From an uncultured bacterium (lineage in GTDB: Bacteria > Margulisbacteria > WOR-1 > CAVSGV01): a DNA stretch of 64,000 bases. Shown here one piece after another: positions 20,707-30,652 of this stretch. Every line of letters begins with the position of its first letter. Positions within the stretch are counted from its first letter, which is position 1. The stretch is taken from positions 6,070-70,069 of the forward strand of contig OY969425.1 of NCBI GenBank assembly GCA_963699255.1. The letters are read 5' to 3'. The notes beneath the pieces are model-generated. The model worked only from the letters and a program-made list of their open reading frames with translations. It was not told where the DNA came from and did not search any database. A program made the position numbers and the translations under genes.

Positions 20707-23700
20707 ATGAGCGACCCACTTAATAAAATATCCGGTTCCGGCAGCACGAACAATATCAAAAAAGACGTAAAGCCGGAAAATAAAAAGAAAAAGGATGAAA
20801 ACATGGATGTTTCTGTAACGTTCATCCCATACGGGCCGGATTACGCGGAAGTGGCGGATTGCGCGTTCGTGTTCAATCCAGCGCAGTATATGGCGCAGCA
20901 TCAGATAACCGGGAAAACCAACAAAACGGATGTGTCAGAGGAATCCAGGCTTTTTGTGGCAAATTTCTTCAAGAGCGGCAAGGAAAGCGTGGATAACGCG
21001 AACTTAGAATCCAAAACTAATTTTGTTGCTCCGATCGTTAGCCCCGAACCGTTCATAAGACCGTTCATAAACTCGGCGGTCCCGGATAAAACGTACGTGT
21101 ACAACGCGGCGCTGGACGCGGTGCAACGCGAGGAACAAGAACAGTTCGGTAGCTTCAATGCGAAGGTAAAGCCGGTGGAAGGCAAATGCTTACTTGGAGC
21201 TTGGTTCGGAGTTTCCCCGGATGAAAATAATTCAAAATCTATTTTCGCTGTCCCTACTGTTGTCAGGAGCGTTACTTTTGACCATTCAGACCTGGAAGCC
21301 CTAAAAAAGGAAAATCTGGCCAATCTGAAGACCATGCTGGAGAAAAAAGGGTATACAGGCAAAACGGCCCTAAAGCCTGAAAAAATAGATTTTATCAAGG
21401 CGCAATTGACGCCATATATCTCTTTGGACCTGGATTCCGCGAAAGATATAACCGCAGATATCCCGATCGAGATGAAGACCGTAAACAAGAAAATATCGAC
21501 CATGGAAGATTACAGGAAGAAAAGGGATGATTTTGCCGCCCTGACCGGCAAGGCCCCGAAAATAGAAATGATGTTCGAAGTGTGGAGCGATACCTGGACA
21601 TACAATCCATTCCCGGCGGCTTTTTGCACGGAAGTTGACCAGCATGGTCATATCCCGATGGTGACATGGGGACCTTCGGGGCTGCCGTTCAACCCGACGG
21701 ATGACAAAAGCACTTACCTGGATGAATTCAACAAGCAGCTCGCGAATAAGCACGGCGAAATTTATGAATACGCGAAAAATTGGGCCGAGGAGGCAAAGGA
21801 ATACGGGAAGCCGTTCTTGCTGAGGCCGTTCCATGAAATGAACCTGCAGGACAACTGCGAATGGACGGCGTGGATGAACGGAGGAGAAAAAGGAATAGCT
21901 AAATTCAAGAAAGCATGGCAAAACCTGTATACATTATTCAAGGAAGTGGGGGCGGACAACGCCACATTCGTCTGGTGCCCGAATACCAGGGGATATCCGC
22001 TAGAAGATTGGAACAGTAAAGCGCGGGATTACTTCCCCGGCGCCGAATATGTGGATTGGCTGGGCGTTGACGGATATCTGAAGTCCGAGATCAAGACAGG
22101 AAGCGAATTTCCGAGATTCGCCACGGTTTTTGGGGCCACGATCGGGAAATCGACCGTTCCAAAAAGCAGGATTGTCGGTATTTTTGGAGCGAAAGATATG
22201 TCCTGGCGCCAGTATTTCGTCGATCCGGACGATAAGGACATTCTTTTTAAGCCTGATATTGAAAATGAATTAAGAAAACAGGCGAATCCCGGCAAGGACA
22301 CAAAAGCGGACCCGGTTAAAGCAGAAAGGTCACGCAAGCTGCTTAAAATTTATGATGAGATCCCCGAGTTGAGCTTATTGTCCAAACAATACCATAAGCC
22401 TTTGATGATATGTGAAACATCTTCAAGGCCGGACCTGTACAAGGCCGAATATTTCACGCAATTATTTGGCGCTGCGAAAGCATACGACCTGAGCGCGGTG
22501 GTCCTGTTCAACCAGAACAAATTAGGGATGGGCGGAAGCGCAGAGGATGACTGGCTTATTGACGCGCCGATCAAGGGCGAAAAGGAAGAGCTTAGTGCCG
22601 AGGCGCAAATACAGCTTGATCAGGCAGCGCGCGAATCCAAAGAGGCGTGGCAATATGTATTCGATCATCTTAAGGATATGGGTTTACCCGAGCCCACAAA
22701 GGTTTTAGTTGCCCCGGAAAGGAATCCGGTGCTTGAAACATTCAGGAATATCGGGAATGACGGTTCCCTGCTGTTCGACCCAAAGGGAATATCGGTCAAT
22801 AAAATAGGAGTGAACAACGAAACGCCGCAGGATATCAAGATGCCGGAGCGGGAAAAAGATCTGAACATAAAAATAAGAAAGCGCAACACCGAGCTGAAAA
22901 TTTATCCGCAGGACATTGATATAAGGATGAAGGTGGGGGAGTATCAGGAAGAACTTTCCGGCTACCAGTACCTTAAAGTAATAAATGAAAAAATCGATCC
23001 TAAGGAGGTCCTGAAAAAGATAGGCGAACAGCATCAGCTGGCCATAAATGAACTTAAAAAAGTGCCCGGATCGGACCGCAATTACCTGAAAGCGCGCGCT
23101 GCAATGAAAGAAATCTACGCCTCATGGGATTCTGACGATAAAGACCTGAAAAAGTACTACAGGGATCAAGCGAAAAAGATATCCCTGGAAATAATAGCAT
23201 TGACGAAAGACGAAAAATACATCAAGCCTTTTAGCAATAAAACGGCGCTCAAATTCTTTGACCCCGGGTATACAGAAAGGGAGCTGCTCGGGATGAGGGC
23301 TTCCGCTCATGTGACGATAGCGGACATTTACGCGGAATGGTCCGAAAAGGAAAATGCGAAAAAAGAATATACAGAAGCTTTGAAGATCCTGAAAAACGAA
23401 GAATTCCAGAGAAGCGCGTATAAAGACAAGCTGGCGAATTCAAGCGCGGAATACCGGCAGGAAAAACATTATCCGGACGCTGGCAGGGACTTTTTGGAGG
23501 CGTGCGTTTATCCGGTGAACTGGCTTACCAGGGATAAGGACAAGGACCTGAAGACAAGCATCGCGATCGGCATGGCGAAAGTGAAGACCCTTGATACTAA
23601 AGACACAAAAACCTTTGATGAAGGCATTGAAGAGCTGAATAATATCGCTTACAAAACTTTCGGCGTAAGCCCAAGGCTTGTATTAAAGGCAAAAGTCGAG

Positions 23701-23892
23701 CTCGCGTACGCGCTAGCCAACTACGCGTTAATAGCGAAGAAAGTGAAAGACAAGGATCCGGCACTTTACAACAGTTATATGGCCAAGGCAATGCAGTCGT
23801 TCGTTATCGCAAGGGGACTCTTTGCCACGGAATACGCCTACAAGGCCGGCAAACTGATAGATGACCTCACGGCGACCCTGATCAAACAATAA
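20707..23892 (+). CDS. GH26-like glycoside-hydrolase domain protein with a C-terminal TPR-like helical region (1061 aa)
   Basis: LLRPFHEMNLQDNCEWTAWMNGGE, FVWCPN, YVDWLGVDGY and MICETSS resemble the GH26 acid/base and nucleophile regions. The C-terminal ~350 aa are helical repeats. Confidence 0.55.
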   Translation: MSDPLNKISGSGSTNNIKKDVKPENKKKKDENMDVSVTFIPYGPDYAEVADCAFVFNPAQYMAQHQITGKTNKTDVSEESRLFVANFFKSGKESVDNANLESKTNFVAPIVSPEPFIRPFINSAVPDKTYVYNAALDAVQREEQEQFGSFNAKVKPVEGKCLLGAWFGVSPDENNSKSIFAVPTVVRSVTFDHSDLEALKKENLANLKTMLEKKGYTGKTALKPEKIDFIKAQLTPYISLDLDSAKDITADIPIEMKTVNKKISTMEDYRKKRDDFAALTGKAPKIEMMFEVWSDTWTYNPFPAAFCTEVDQHGHIPMVTWGPSGLPFNPTDDKSTYLDEFNKQLANKHGEIYEYAKNWAEEAKEYGKPFLLRPFHEMNLQDNCEWTAWMNGGEKGIAKFKKAWQNLYTLFKEVGADNATFVWCPNTRGYPLEDWNSKARDYFPGAEYVDWLGVDGYLKSEIKTGSEFPRFATVFGATIGKSTVPKSRIVGIFGAKDMSWRQYFVDPDDKDILFKPDIENELRKQANPGKDTKADPVKAERSRKLLKIYDEIPELSLLSKQYHKPLMICETSSRPDLYKAEYFTQLFGAAKAYDLSAVVLFNQNKLGMGGSAEDDWLIDAPIKGEKEELSAEAQIQLDQAARESKEAWQYVFDHLKDMGLPEPTKVLVAPERNPVLETFRNIGNDGSLLFDPKGISVNKIGVNNETPQDIKMPEREKDLNIKIRKRNTELKIYPQDIDIRMKVGEYQEELSGYQYLKVINEKIDPKEVLKKIGEQHQLAINELKKVPGSDRNYLKARAAMKEIYASWDSDDKDLKKYYRDQAKKISLEIIALTKDEKYIKPFSNKTALKFFDPGYTERELLGMRASAHVTIADIYAEWSEKENAKKEYTEALKILKNEEFQRSAYKDKLANSSAEYRQEKHYPDAGRDFLEACVYPVNWLTRDKDKDLKTSIAIGMAKVKTLDTKDTKTFDEGIEELNNIAYKTFGVSPRLVLKAKVELAYALANYALIAKKVKDKDPALYNSYMAKAMQSFVIARGLFATEYAYKAGKLIDDLTATLIKQ

Positions 23893-23894
23893 CA

Positions 23895-23940
23895 GGTCTT
23901 CTCCCGAAGGGCAAAGACCGCGCAAAAATATTTTAAAAAC
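23895..23940 (+). terminator. stem-loop followed by an A/T-rich tract
   Basis: GGTCTTctcccgaagggcAAAGACC forms a hairpin 3 nt after the stop, followed by gcgcaaaaatattttaaaaa. Confidence 0.35.
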
Positions 23941-23942
23941 CA

Positions 23943-23977
23943 GTGAAATTTACGACGAAACCTGCCGATATATATAT
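23943..23977 (+). promoter_or_regulatory. recurrent promoter-like motif
   Basis: gtgaaatttacgacgaaacctgccgatatatatat is GAAA-N15-GCCGATAT, which also matches the sigma-28/SigD-type -10 element. Confidence 0.4.
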
Positions 23978-24037
23978 GTCGGAAATAAGGCCGAAAATCG
24001 ACTTAACGCGGCCAAAATATATTAGGGGGAAATACAA

Positions 24038-27000
24038 ATGGGTGAGCAAGTAAGACTGGGAACGACCACGGATTATTATAGTCCGCAGCCGATAGATGTA
24101 GGGCACGATAAAGTAACCGGAGAAGAAATATACAGGCAGAGAACTTACGCGAAATGCAGCGTGGGCAAACAGAGCAACCTGACATTGGATGCCGCGCTTG
24201 ATGAGGTTGAATCAGAGAAGATAGATTATCTGAATAAAAAACAGCCGTCACAGGCCTTTGGATGCATGATCCAGGCAGCCGGACTTTACGGGAACAGGGA
24301 CGACATTGGCGACCGGAAAAAAGCATATTTATTGCTCCGCAAAATAATAGTCCTGGCAAGCAAAGATACGATAGAAAGAACGAAAAAGACCATTGCCTAT
24401 GGCGTGCCGGGCGGAGAAATAACAACCGCTGAATTTGCAACATTTGACCCTAAGTTTTTGAAAGATCCCCAGGTGCAGGAAGCCCAGGCGAAGATCGCTA
24501 TAGCTGATCTGGTCCTGAAGCAGCTGAACGACAATGAGGTCCCGGATGTTAAGGTTGTAGACCCAAAGATCACAGACGCGACAGCCTACGCGATAAGCTG
24601 CTGCCAGTCCGCGAGAACCGCCCTTAACGCGTTTAAATACAAAGACGATTTCAATATAAGCAAGAGCTACATACTAGAGGCAAAATTGATGGCTTTGAGT
24701 AAAGCATCGGATGACGATGTCCGCGCGAAACTTAAGTCAGCGCACATCGATTGGAACGCGATCAAAGACCGCGTTTCGGATGATCCGAATGTCAAAGATG
24801 AAAGCCTGAGGCCGGCCGGGATGAGCAAGGATGACTACATTGAAGAGATCAGGAAAGGCACCGTATACATCAATGCGTGGGCGATGGTTGAAGACGCGCA
24901 TCTTACCGACCAGAAGGTGAACGTCAGCACGGAGGACATATCCGCGAAGATAGGTTTATGCAGTGATGCTCATGTAATGCTTTCCGGCAAGGACACGGAC
25001 AACGGCATAGACAAGGCAAAGGATTATATTAACCACGACGCGTTTTTAACAGAGGCGAACCTTACCGCGAAACTTGCCCGCCTTAACATTAATGATCCGG
25101 ACAAATATAGGGGCGGCTTGAATGACGCAAGGGCCCTGTATAAAGAAATATCGGAGAAAACCGCGTTCAGTGATATAAAAGCTATCGCGATCGCAGCAAA
25201 AATATCCATCGATATGGAGCTTGGCGAATTCACATGGGATGACGCGAAAAGTGCTTTAGAGGCTTATTTTGATCCAACAACCAGCACATTTCCCCTTAAA
25301 TCCCCATTCGCTGAAAATTCATTCACATACCTGTCCATGGAGCTCCTGGAGGCCCAGCTGAGGAATACAACGCAAAGGAAGAAAGTGTGGGTCCCCGGCT
25401 GCGGCGATTGCACATATAAAACGAAGACCGAAGTTGCTGATTATACCCTCGCGGGGATAAGGACGGACAACGTGAAAAAGGCCATTAAAGCCAGATCAGT
25501 TAAGGCGGTCAGGGATCCGGAGGCGCTGAACGACCTTAATATCAGGGCAAGTCTTGAACACGCCAGATCAACAGCTTTGGAAGGCATAGCGCTAAGGGAC
25601 GATATCGCCAAAAGGGCGAAATTCAATGACGACGCCATAAAAGAGCTTACGGATATCCTGGGCCCCACCGGCCTTAATGAAACCACGGACAATATATTGA
25701 ACAATCTCGGCGGCAAGAGAAAAATGGAAAGCTCCTTCTATGTGACGCTGTGGGGGGAATGGGCGAATTACCTGGAGCAGATAGCGTGGCTGGACAGCAA
25801 GGATAAGCCGGGAGACATGAACATATTTAAAGCCGCCAATGACAAATACGATGAAACAATAAAGCTCTGCGGTTATTCAAAGGCCACATATGACAAAGGG
25901 GTAGCGGGGCAGGAAAGCGCCAGGAAGCAAATGATAAAGCTTTCCAAGGACAACATTAAAAATTCCGTGGAGAATAATATTGAAGTTGCCGCGCTTACCA
26001 ACCCGGACGCGCAAAAGGCGATAACCGCTTTGGATGGTGTTATCAAGAACATCGGCGACTTCAAGATACCGTCCGAGTTCAAAGGCACGCAGCTGGTAAA
26101 AATGCAGGCGGAATTGAACAGGAGAAAGCTGGAGATCCGCTGCAAAGAGGTGTTCTACATAAACAAACAGCCGACCAGCTACCTTTACACCAGCAGCAAG
26201 ACGAACGCTCCGATCAGCGCGGATGACAAGAAAAAAGATGTCAGCGCGGATGACAAGATAAAAGATGTCAGCGCGGATGACAAGAAAAAAGATGTCAGCG
26301 CGGATGACAAGATAAAAGAGCTGTATCAGCAGATCAATGACCTGGCGGACAAAACGCTCCCGTACCTGGATACCCCGTATTATTCCATTTTGAACCTGTT
26401 CGGGGTGAATTCTGTTTACATGAGGATAAATAAAGATGCGGCCGCGGACGAGATAGTCGCGCTGTACGGCAATTATATAAAGGGAAAGGATTTTGAAACA
26501 ACTTACGACATGATAGACCCCCTTGCGAATGCCGCTTTAATAAGGACCGGCAGAATTAAAACAGCAAAGGGAGCCGACACAAATCTTAAGGGCGAGATAA
26601 TGGATTATCTAACTACATTATTAACGGGATCCAAGACGACGGCTGCTGACAAGGCGAAAGCTTATGTCTGGAAAGCGCGCATGAATGTCTGGTTCAAGGA
26701 TAGCCAGGATCTAAACCAAGCGTTGAAAGATTATGACGAGGCGATCAAACTTTACGGCACTATTACGGACGGCAATAAGCTTTACGGGAACGGCGCGTCA
26801 AAACTGGCTGTAATGGAGGAGCGATCGTTCGCCCAGTTCATGCTCGTGAACGATACCAAGAAAGGCGACGCGAATGCGAAGGATAGAATCGGTCAATACC
26901 AGCAGATCGCCAAGTATATCAACGATAATATCCTTAAGGGGGCCGCAACGACCGGCTTGAGCGAGGAGATCGCGAAGAAAGTGGATAAGCAGGACGCGGC

Positions 27001-28417
27001 GGCAAAAATAAAGGCGCGCCTCACCCTGATATCCATGACCATGGGCATCGCCGAACCTCTGAAAAAGGGCCTCCTGGCGGATCCAGTGATGGTCACGGCG
27101 GTTACGGATATCTGCGGCGAGAACATCACGGACGAGAACAAGCTTTTTGTCAAAACGGAAGAATTGTTCAATAGCGTTACAGCCGATATAAAAAAGCTTG
27201 GATTGATCGATACTGAGATGGTGAGCCTGGGGATAGATGTTCCCACTGTTTACGCGCGCATGGCCGAAAACTACATGATCCTGGCGTTAGAAGCCATGGT
27301 GCCTGGCAGAGATATTGATGATGCTGATGATTTATTAGAAGACTTGAAGGACGAGAAAGCCTCAATGGAAAATACTAATACCAGCTCAATGCCGGCAAAA
27401 CGACTCGAACGGTTCAATCAAAACATGAAAGCGATTTCAGACGCGATCCTTAAAGTAAGTTCCGCCCTGACTCAAGTTCAGAGCAAGAAGAACATTATTG
27501 CCCAGAACGCGCAAAAATACATCGAAAATATGAACAACTATTTAACTAAAGCTGCAAGTATCGCGGAAAAGGACGCTAACAGCTTAGCGCAGGCTAAAGC
27601 CCTTCTTGTTCAGGCGCAATACGCAGGCTGGACTGCGGGAAGTGATATTGACAAGTTAAAGGTAGCTCGAGGGTTATATGAAAAAGTCATCAGCATAAAT
27701 CCCGTCGCTATGGATATGAAGGCGAAATTGGACTATGCCGGCGTGATCTCGATCATATCGTTAAGGCTCCTGAAAACTGACAAAACAGCGGCGGCGGATG
27801 TAGCCAATATAGCCATAAGCAAATATAAAGAGGTAAAGACGAATGACGATATCGCTCTTGGCGCCAGGGCTTGCATAGAAATGGCGAATCTTCAAGCTGC
27901 GTTCGCAGTTGAAGATGGGACCAAGCTGAGGGAGGCGCGGGCAAGTGTCTACGACGCCCTTATAAAACTTACAGGATCGAAACAGGATACCATGGGATAC
28001 ATTAACCTGGTGAACGGCATGATCAACCTGAATAAGCCCGTCGATAAAACAATAATACAAGCCCTCTGCTATCTTGGCGTGATCGAAGCCAGATTGTACA
28101 CGTCAAAGACTAACCTGACGGAGCCGCAAAGATTGGCGGGGTATAATGCGATAAAAGGGATTATGGGCGGGATCGGAACTGTTACCGGCGGCATATACGG
28201 TATTATCAAGCAGCAGAATCTGGAAGGTGACGCCTCATTGAAAGTAGTTATGAAGCAATTTATGGATTTTAAGGCTGAGGTGGTGCTTGCCTGGGGAGAT
28301 GCCGGAGGAGACGAGTCAACTGATGAATATAAACAGGCAAGCTACAAAACGTCTAACTATGATGCCAGGGTGCAAGAAGCCATAGAGAAATTAAAAAAAT
28401 TAGAGGATATAAAATAG
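24038..28417 (+). CDS. very large hypothetical protein, helical/TPR-like, with an internal low-complexity repeat (1459 aa)
   Basis: GGGGGAAA RBS. Contains four SADDK(K/I)KDV repeats. No catalytic motif recognised. Confidence 0.65.
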   Translation: MGEQVRLGTTTDYYSPQPIDVGHDKVTGEEIYRQRTYAKCSVGKQSNLTLDAALDEVESEKIDYLNKKQPSQAFGCMIQAAGLYGNRDDIGDRKKAYLLLRKIIVLASKDTIERTKKTIAYGVPGGEITTAEFATFDPKFLKDPQVQEAQAKIAIADLVLKQLNDNEVPDVKVVDPKITDATAYAISCCQSARTALNAFKYKDDFNISKSYILEAKLMALSKASDDDVRAKLKSAHIDWNAIKDRVSDDPNVKDESLRPAGMSKDDYIEEIRKGTVYINAWAMVEDAHLTDQKVNVSTEDISAKIGLCSDAHVMLSGKDTDNGIDKAKDYINHDAFLTEANLTAKLARLNINDPDKYRGGLNDARALYKEISEKTAFSDIKAIAIAAKISIDMELGEFTWDDAKSALEAYFDPTTSTFPLKSPFAENSFTYLSMELLEAQLRNTTQRKKVWVPGCGDCTYKTKTEVADYTLAGIRTDNVKKAIKARSVKAVRDPEALNDLNIRASLEHARSTALEGIALRDDIAKRAKFNDDAIKELTDILGPTGLNETTDNILNNLGGKRKMESSFYVTLWGEWANYLEQIAWLDSKDKPGDMNIFKAANDKYDETIKLCGYSKATYDKGVAGQESARKQMIKLSKDNIKNSVENNIEVAALTNPDAQKAITALDGVIKNIGDFKIPSEFKGTQLVKMQAELNRRKLEIRCKEVFYINKQPTSYLYTSSKTNAPISADDKKKDVSADDKIKDVSADDKKKDVSADDKIKELYQQINDLADKTLPYLDTPYYSILNLFGVNSVYMRINKDAAADEIVALYGNYIKGKDFETTYDMIDPLANAALIRTGRIKTAKGADTNLKGEIMDYLTTLLTGSKTTAADKAKAYVWKARMNVWFKDSQDLNQALKDYDEAIKLYGTITDGNKLYGNGASKLAVMEERSFAQFMLVNDTKKGDANAKDRIGQYQQIAKYINDNILKGAATTGLSEEIAKKVDKQDAAAKIKARLTLISMTMGIAEPLKKGLLADPVMVTAVTDICGENITDENKLFVKTEELFNSVTADIKKLGLIDTEMVSLGIDVPTVYARMAENYMILALEAMVPGRDIDDADDLLEDLKDEKASMENTNTSSMPAKRLERFNQNMKAISDAILKVSSALTQVQSKKNIIAQNAQKYIENMNNYLTKAASIAEKDANSLAQAKALLVQAQYAGWTAGSDIDKLKVARGLYEKVISINPVAMDMKAKLDYAGVISIISLRLLKTDKTAAADVANIAISKYKEVKTNDDIALGARACIEMANLQAAFAVEDGTKLREARASVYDALIKLTGSKQDTMGYINLVNGMINLNKPVDKTIIQALCYLGVIEARLYTSKTNLTEPQRLAGYNAIKGIMGGIGTVTGGIYGIIKQQNLEGDASLKVVMKQFMDFKAEVVLAWGDAGGDESTDEYKQASYKTSNYDARVQEAIEKLKKLEDIK
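26216..26322 (+). repeat. 27-bp tandem repeat x4 within a CDS
   Basis: agcgcggatgacaag(a/a)(a/t)aaaagatgtc repeated, giving SADDKKKDV / SADDKIKDV. Confidence 0.8.
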
Positions 28418-28430
28418 GGGAGACGAAAAA

Positions 28431-30518
28431 ATGAGCTCAGCCGGTAGAATATCAGGTTCCATGTACCAGACGTTTTCTAGCGATTCCATCGCTCAGGATA
28501 CCGTACACATACGCAACAATAAAATATCAAAGGAAGACCTGAAAAGGATAACGTCGCAGAAGGATGCGAACAGTAAAACAGTTTCTATCGTTTTCGATCA
28601 GAACGAAGTTGGCAAGAATGACCAGAGTCAAACCCAGCCGCAGGGCCAGCAAACACAGACCCAGCCAAAGGATACGACAAACAATGTGACCAGGCAGCCG
28701 TTCGAGTTCCCCGGATGGAAAGATGCCGAGCAGCTAAAAAAATATCAAGAGATCGAAAATGACATTCTTTGCGCGGATATAAACTATTATAACGGCAACA
28801 TACCGGAATTTCACAAATACAGCGATTGGGCTATAGGTAATGGATATAAAAAGGATTCACCGTCAGGAAAGCGGTTTTGGCCCCAATTCAGGGAAATATC
28901 GCTCTATACCAAACCGATCATCCAAGTGTCCAGTTATTGGTCCAAAAGCAATATCAGGCCGGAATTTGTGAATTTTATAGATGAGAATAATATGGGCGCG
29001 GATGGGAAGATGCTGACGGACGGGGTGAAGCAGCCCTGGGAAAAATACTCATACATTTATAATGCCGATAGTACTAAGATAATCAGGCCCGATTATAAAT
29101 TAAGCGATGTTAAACAGCCGCAGAACGCGTTGACAACGCAGGTCTCATACATAATCCCGAATTTTGACTTTGAGGGCAAAGGTTTTAACACCAAAAATGC
29201 CAAAGACCGGATACTGGACCTTCAGGGGACCCTGATCGTGGACCTGCTCAAGACCGACTACAACGGGACCCTCAACACAGGGTTCAACTTATACTCTTTT
29301 ATCAATCCCGATCATCCTGAATATACTCTGAATTACCTGAAGAAACTTAACGGGAATGAATATACGGCATGCGAATTCGGGCCTGTTTATTCCCAGCATG
29401 TGTTATTCGGACTCGCCCAGCCTTTGTTCGGCACGCTTCCCGAAATGCCTCAAGCGATCCGCTGGCTGGTCCCTATTTTAGTGAACAAGCTGTCGGCAAC
29501 ATATGAGAACACACTGACGGAAATGAGCATGAGAGCTTTTCCGAATTACGCGTACAACGAATCGACAAAGAACCTGGCGAATTATATATACGATTATGCA
29601 CACAATGAATCCACCAACATCCTGGCGCCGGAGGGAATTAAGGGACTTTTTGTCAGCGACCTCCAGTCTCTCACGCTTGGTTTTGAGTCTCGAACGCTGA
29701 CGATGTTAAAGAACAAATGGCCGTATTCGATATATCCCGCCCTGATATTCAAGTATAAATTCTCCTGGCTTTCCAGCAACATGCCGGACCCGTATTATCT
29801 GTCCGAAAAGTATTATGTCCCGCCTTTTTATGATAAGGACGTTAAGCTTACCCAGGCCCAGAGGGACACCATAATGAACGATTATGTCAATAATTACCTG
29901 CCGGAGAGAAGTGAAAATAAGGGACTTACCGCCAACGAGATGACTCTCGGCGCGAGGGTGAATTTCCCGGGCTTTGCGCAGCTCCTTACCGGCATGGGGA
30001 TCCTGAGCATCCCTGACGGAGGGGCCGACCAGACAAAGACCCTTTTTCAGTACACCATCACCGGTTATGATCCGATACGGAACACGGGGGGGAACGGGCT
30101 TTCCCCGGCATATCTGAACCACTTCGCGGAGTATCATCTGGATGAGTCCGGCAACCTTGTGAAGGTGGGCAGCAACTATCACGCGCCGATAGAGCCGTAT
30201 AAAGGGCATTCATGGCGTTTTTCACTGGACAACAATATCAGACTGAGCAAGGGCCCCGATCTGGATGATAAGGGAAATGACATAACCACAGGGATCTACA
30301 TGCCTGTTGGATTCAGCATAGGCGGAGGCAGCTACACGGTGGGTGGAGTTAAGAAGCACTCGTCCGAGTGGAGCTTCAATATAGGACTGGGCATAACGGA
30401 CCAGGCGACCTTAAGATACACCATATCCAAGAACAACAACGGGTATGATTATGATGAGGCCGTTCAATCCTTGACGTTCACATGGATGTTCGACGAACCG
30501 AAGAAACATAAGAAATGA
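28431..30518 (+). CDS. hypothetical protein, possibly an outer-membrane beta-barrel (695 aa)
   Basis: GGGGGAG RBS. A Gln/Thr-rich linker (QTQPQGQQTQTQP) and a C-terminal aromatic residue (…FTWMF) suggest an OMP. Confidence 0.55.
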   Translation: MSSAGRISGSMYQTFSSDSIAQDTVHIRNNKISKEDLKRITSQKDANSKTVSIVFDQNEVGKNDQSQTQPQGQQTQTQPKDTTNNVTRQPFEFPGWKDAEQLKKYQEIENDILCADINYYNGNIPEFHKYSDWAIGNGYKKDSPSGKRFWPQFREISLYTKPIIQVSSYWSKSNIRPEFVNFIDENNMGADGKMLTDGVKQPWEKYSYIYNADSTKIIRPDYKLSDVKQPQNALTTQVSYIIPNFDFEGKGFNTKNAKDRILDLQGTLIVDLLKTDYNGTLNTGFNLYSFINPDHPEYTLNYLKKLNGNEYTACEFGPVYSQHVLFGLAQPLFGTLPEMPQAIRWLVPILVNKLSATYENTLTEMSMRAFPNYAYNESTKNLANYIYDYAHNESTNILAPEGIKGLFVSDLQSLTLGFESRTLTMLKNKWPYSIYPALIFKYKFSWLSSNMPDPYYLSEKYYVPPFYDKDVKLTQAQRDTIMNDYVNNYLPERSENKGLTANEMTLGARVNFPGFAQLLTGMGILSIPDGGADQTKTLFQYTITGYDPIRNTGGNGLSPAYLNHFAEYHLDESGNLVKVGSNYHAPIEPYKGHSWRFSLDNNIRLSKGPDLDDKGNDITTGIYMPVGFSIGGGSYTVGGVKKHSSEWSFNIGLGITDQATLRYTISKNNNGYDYDEAVQSLTFTWMFDEPKKHKK

Positions 30519-30561
30519 GCCGCGCTTTAAGGATTTTCCCGTCCAGAAAAATCATTAAAAA

Positions 30562-30600
30562 CTGAAATTCTTCATAAGATCCGACGATAATATAGTATAG
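30562..30600 (+). promoter_or_regulatory. recurrent promoter-like motif
   Basis: ctgaaattcttcataagatccgacgataatatagtata. Confidence 0.4.
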
Positions 30601-30652
30601 GGAAAAAGCGTCTTTCGGGCTTGAGCGTAGCATATAAGGAGATAAACAGTAT

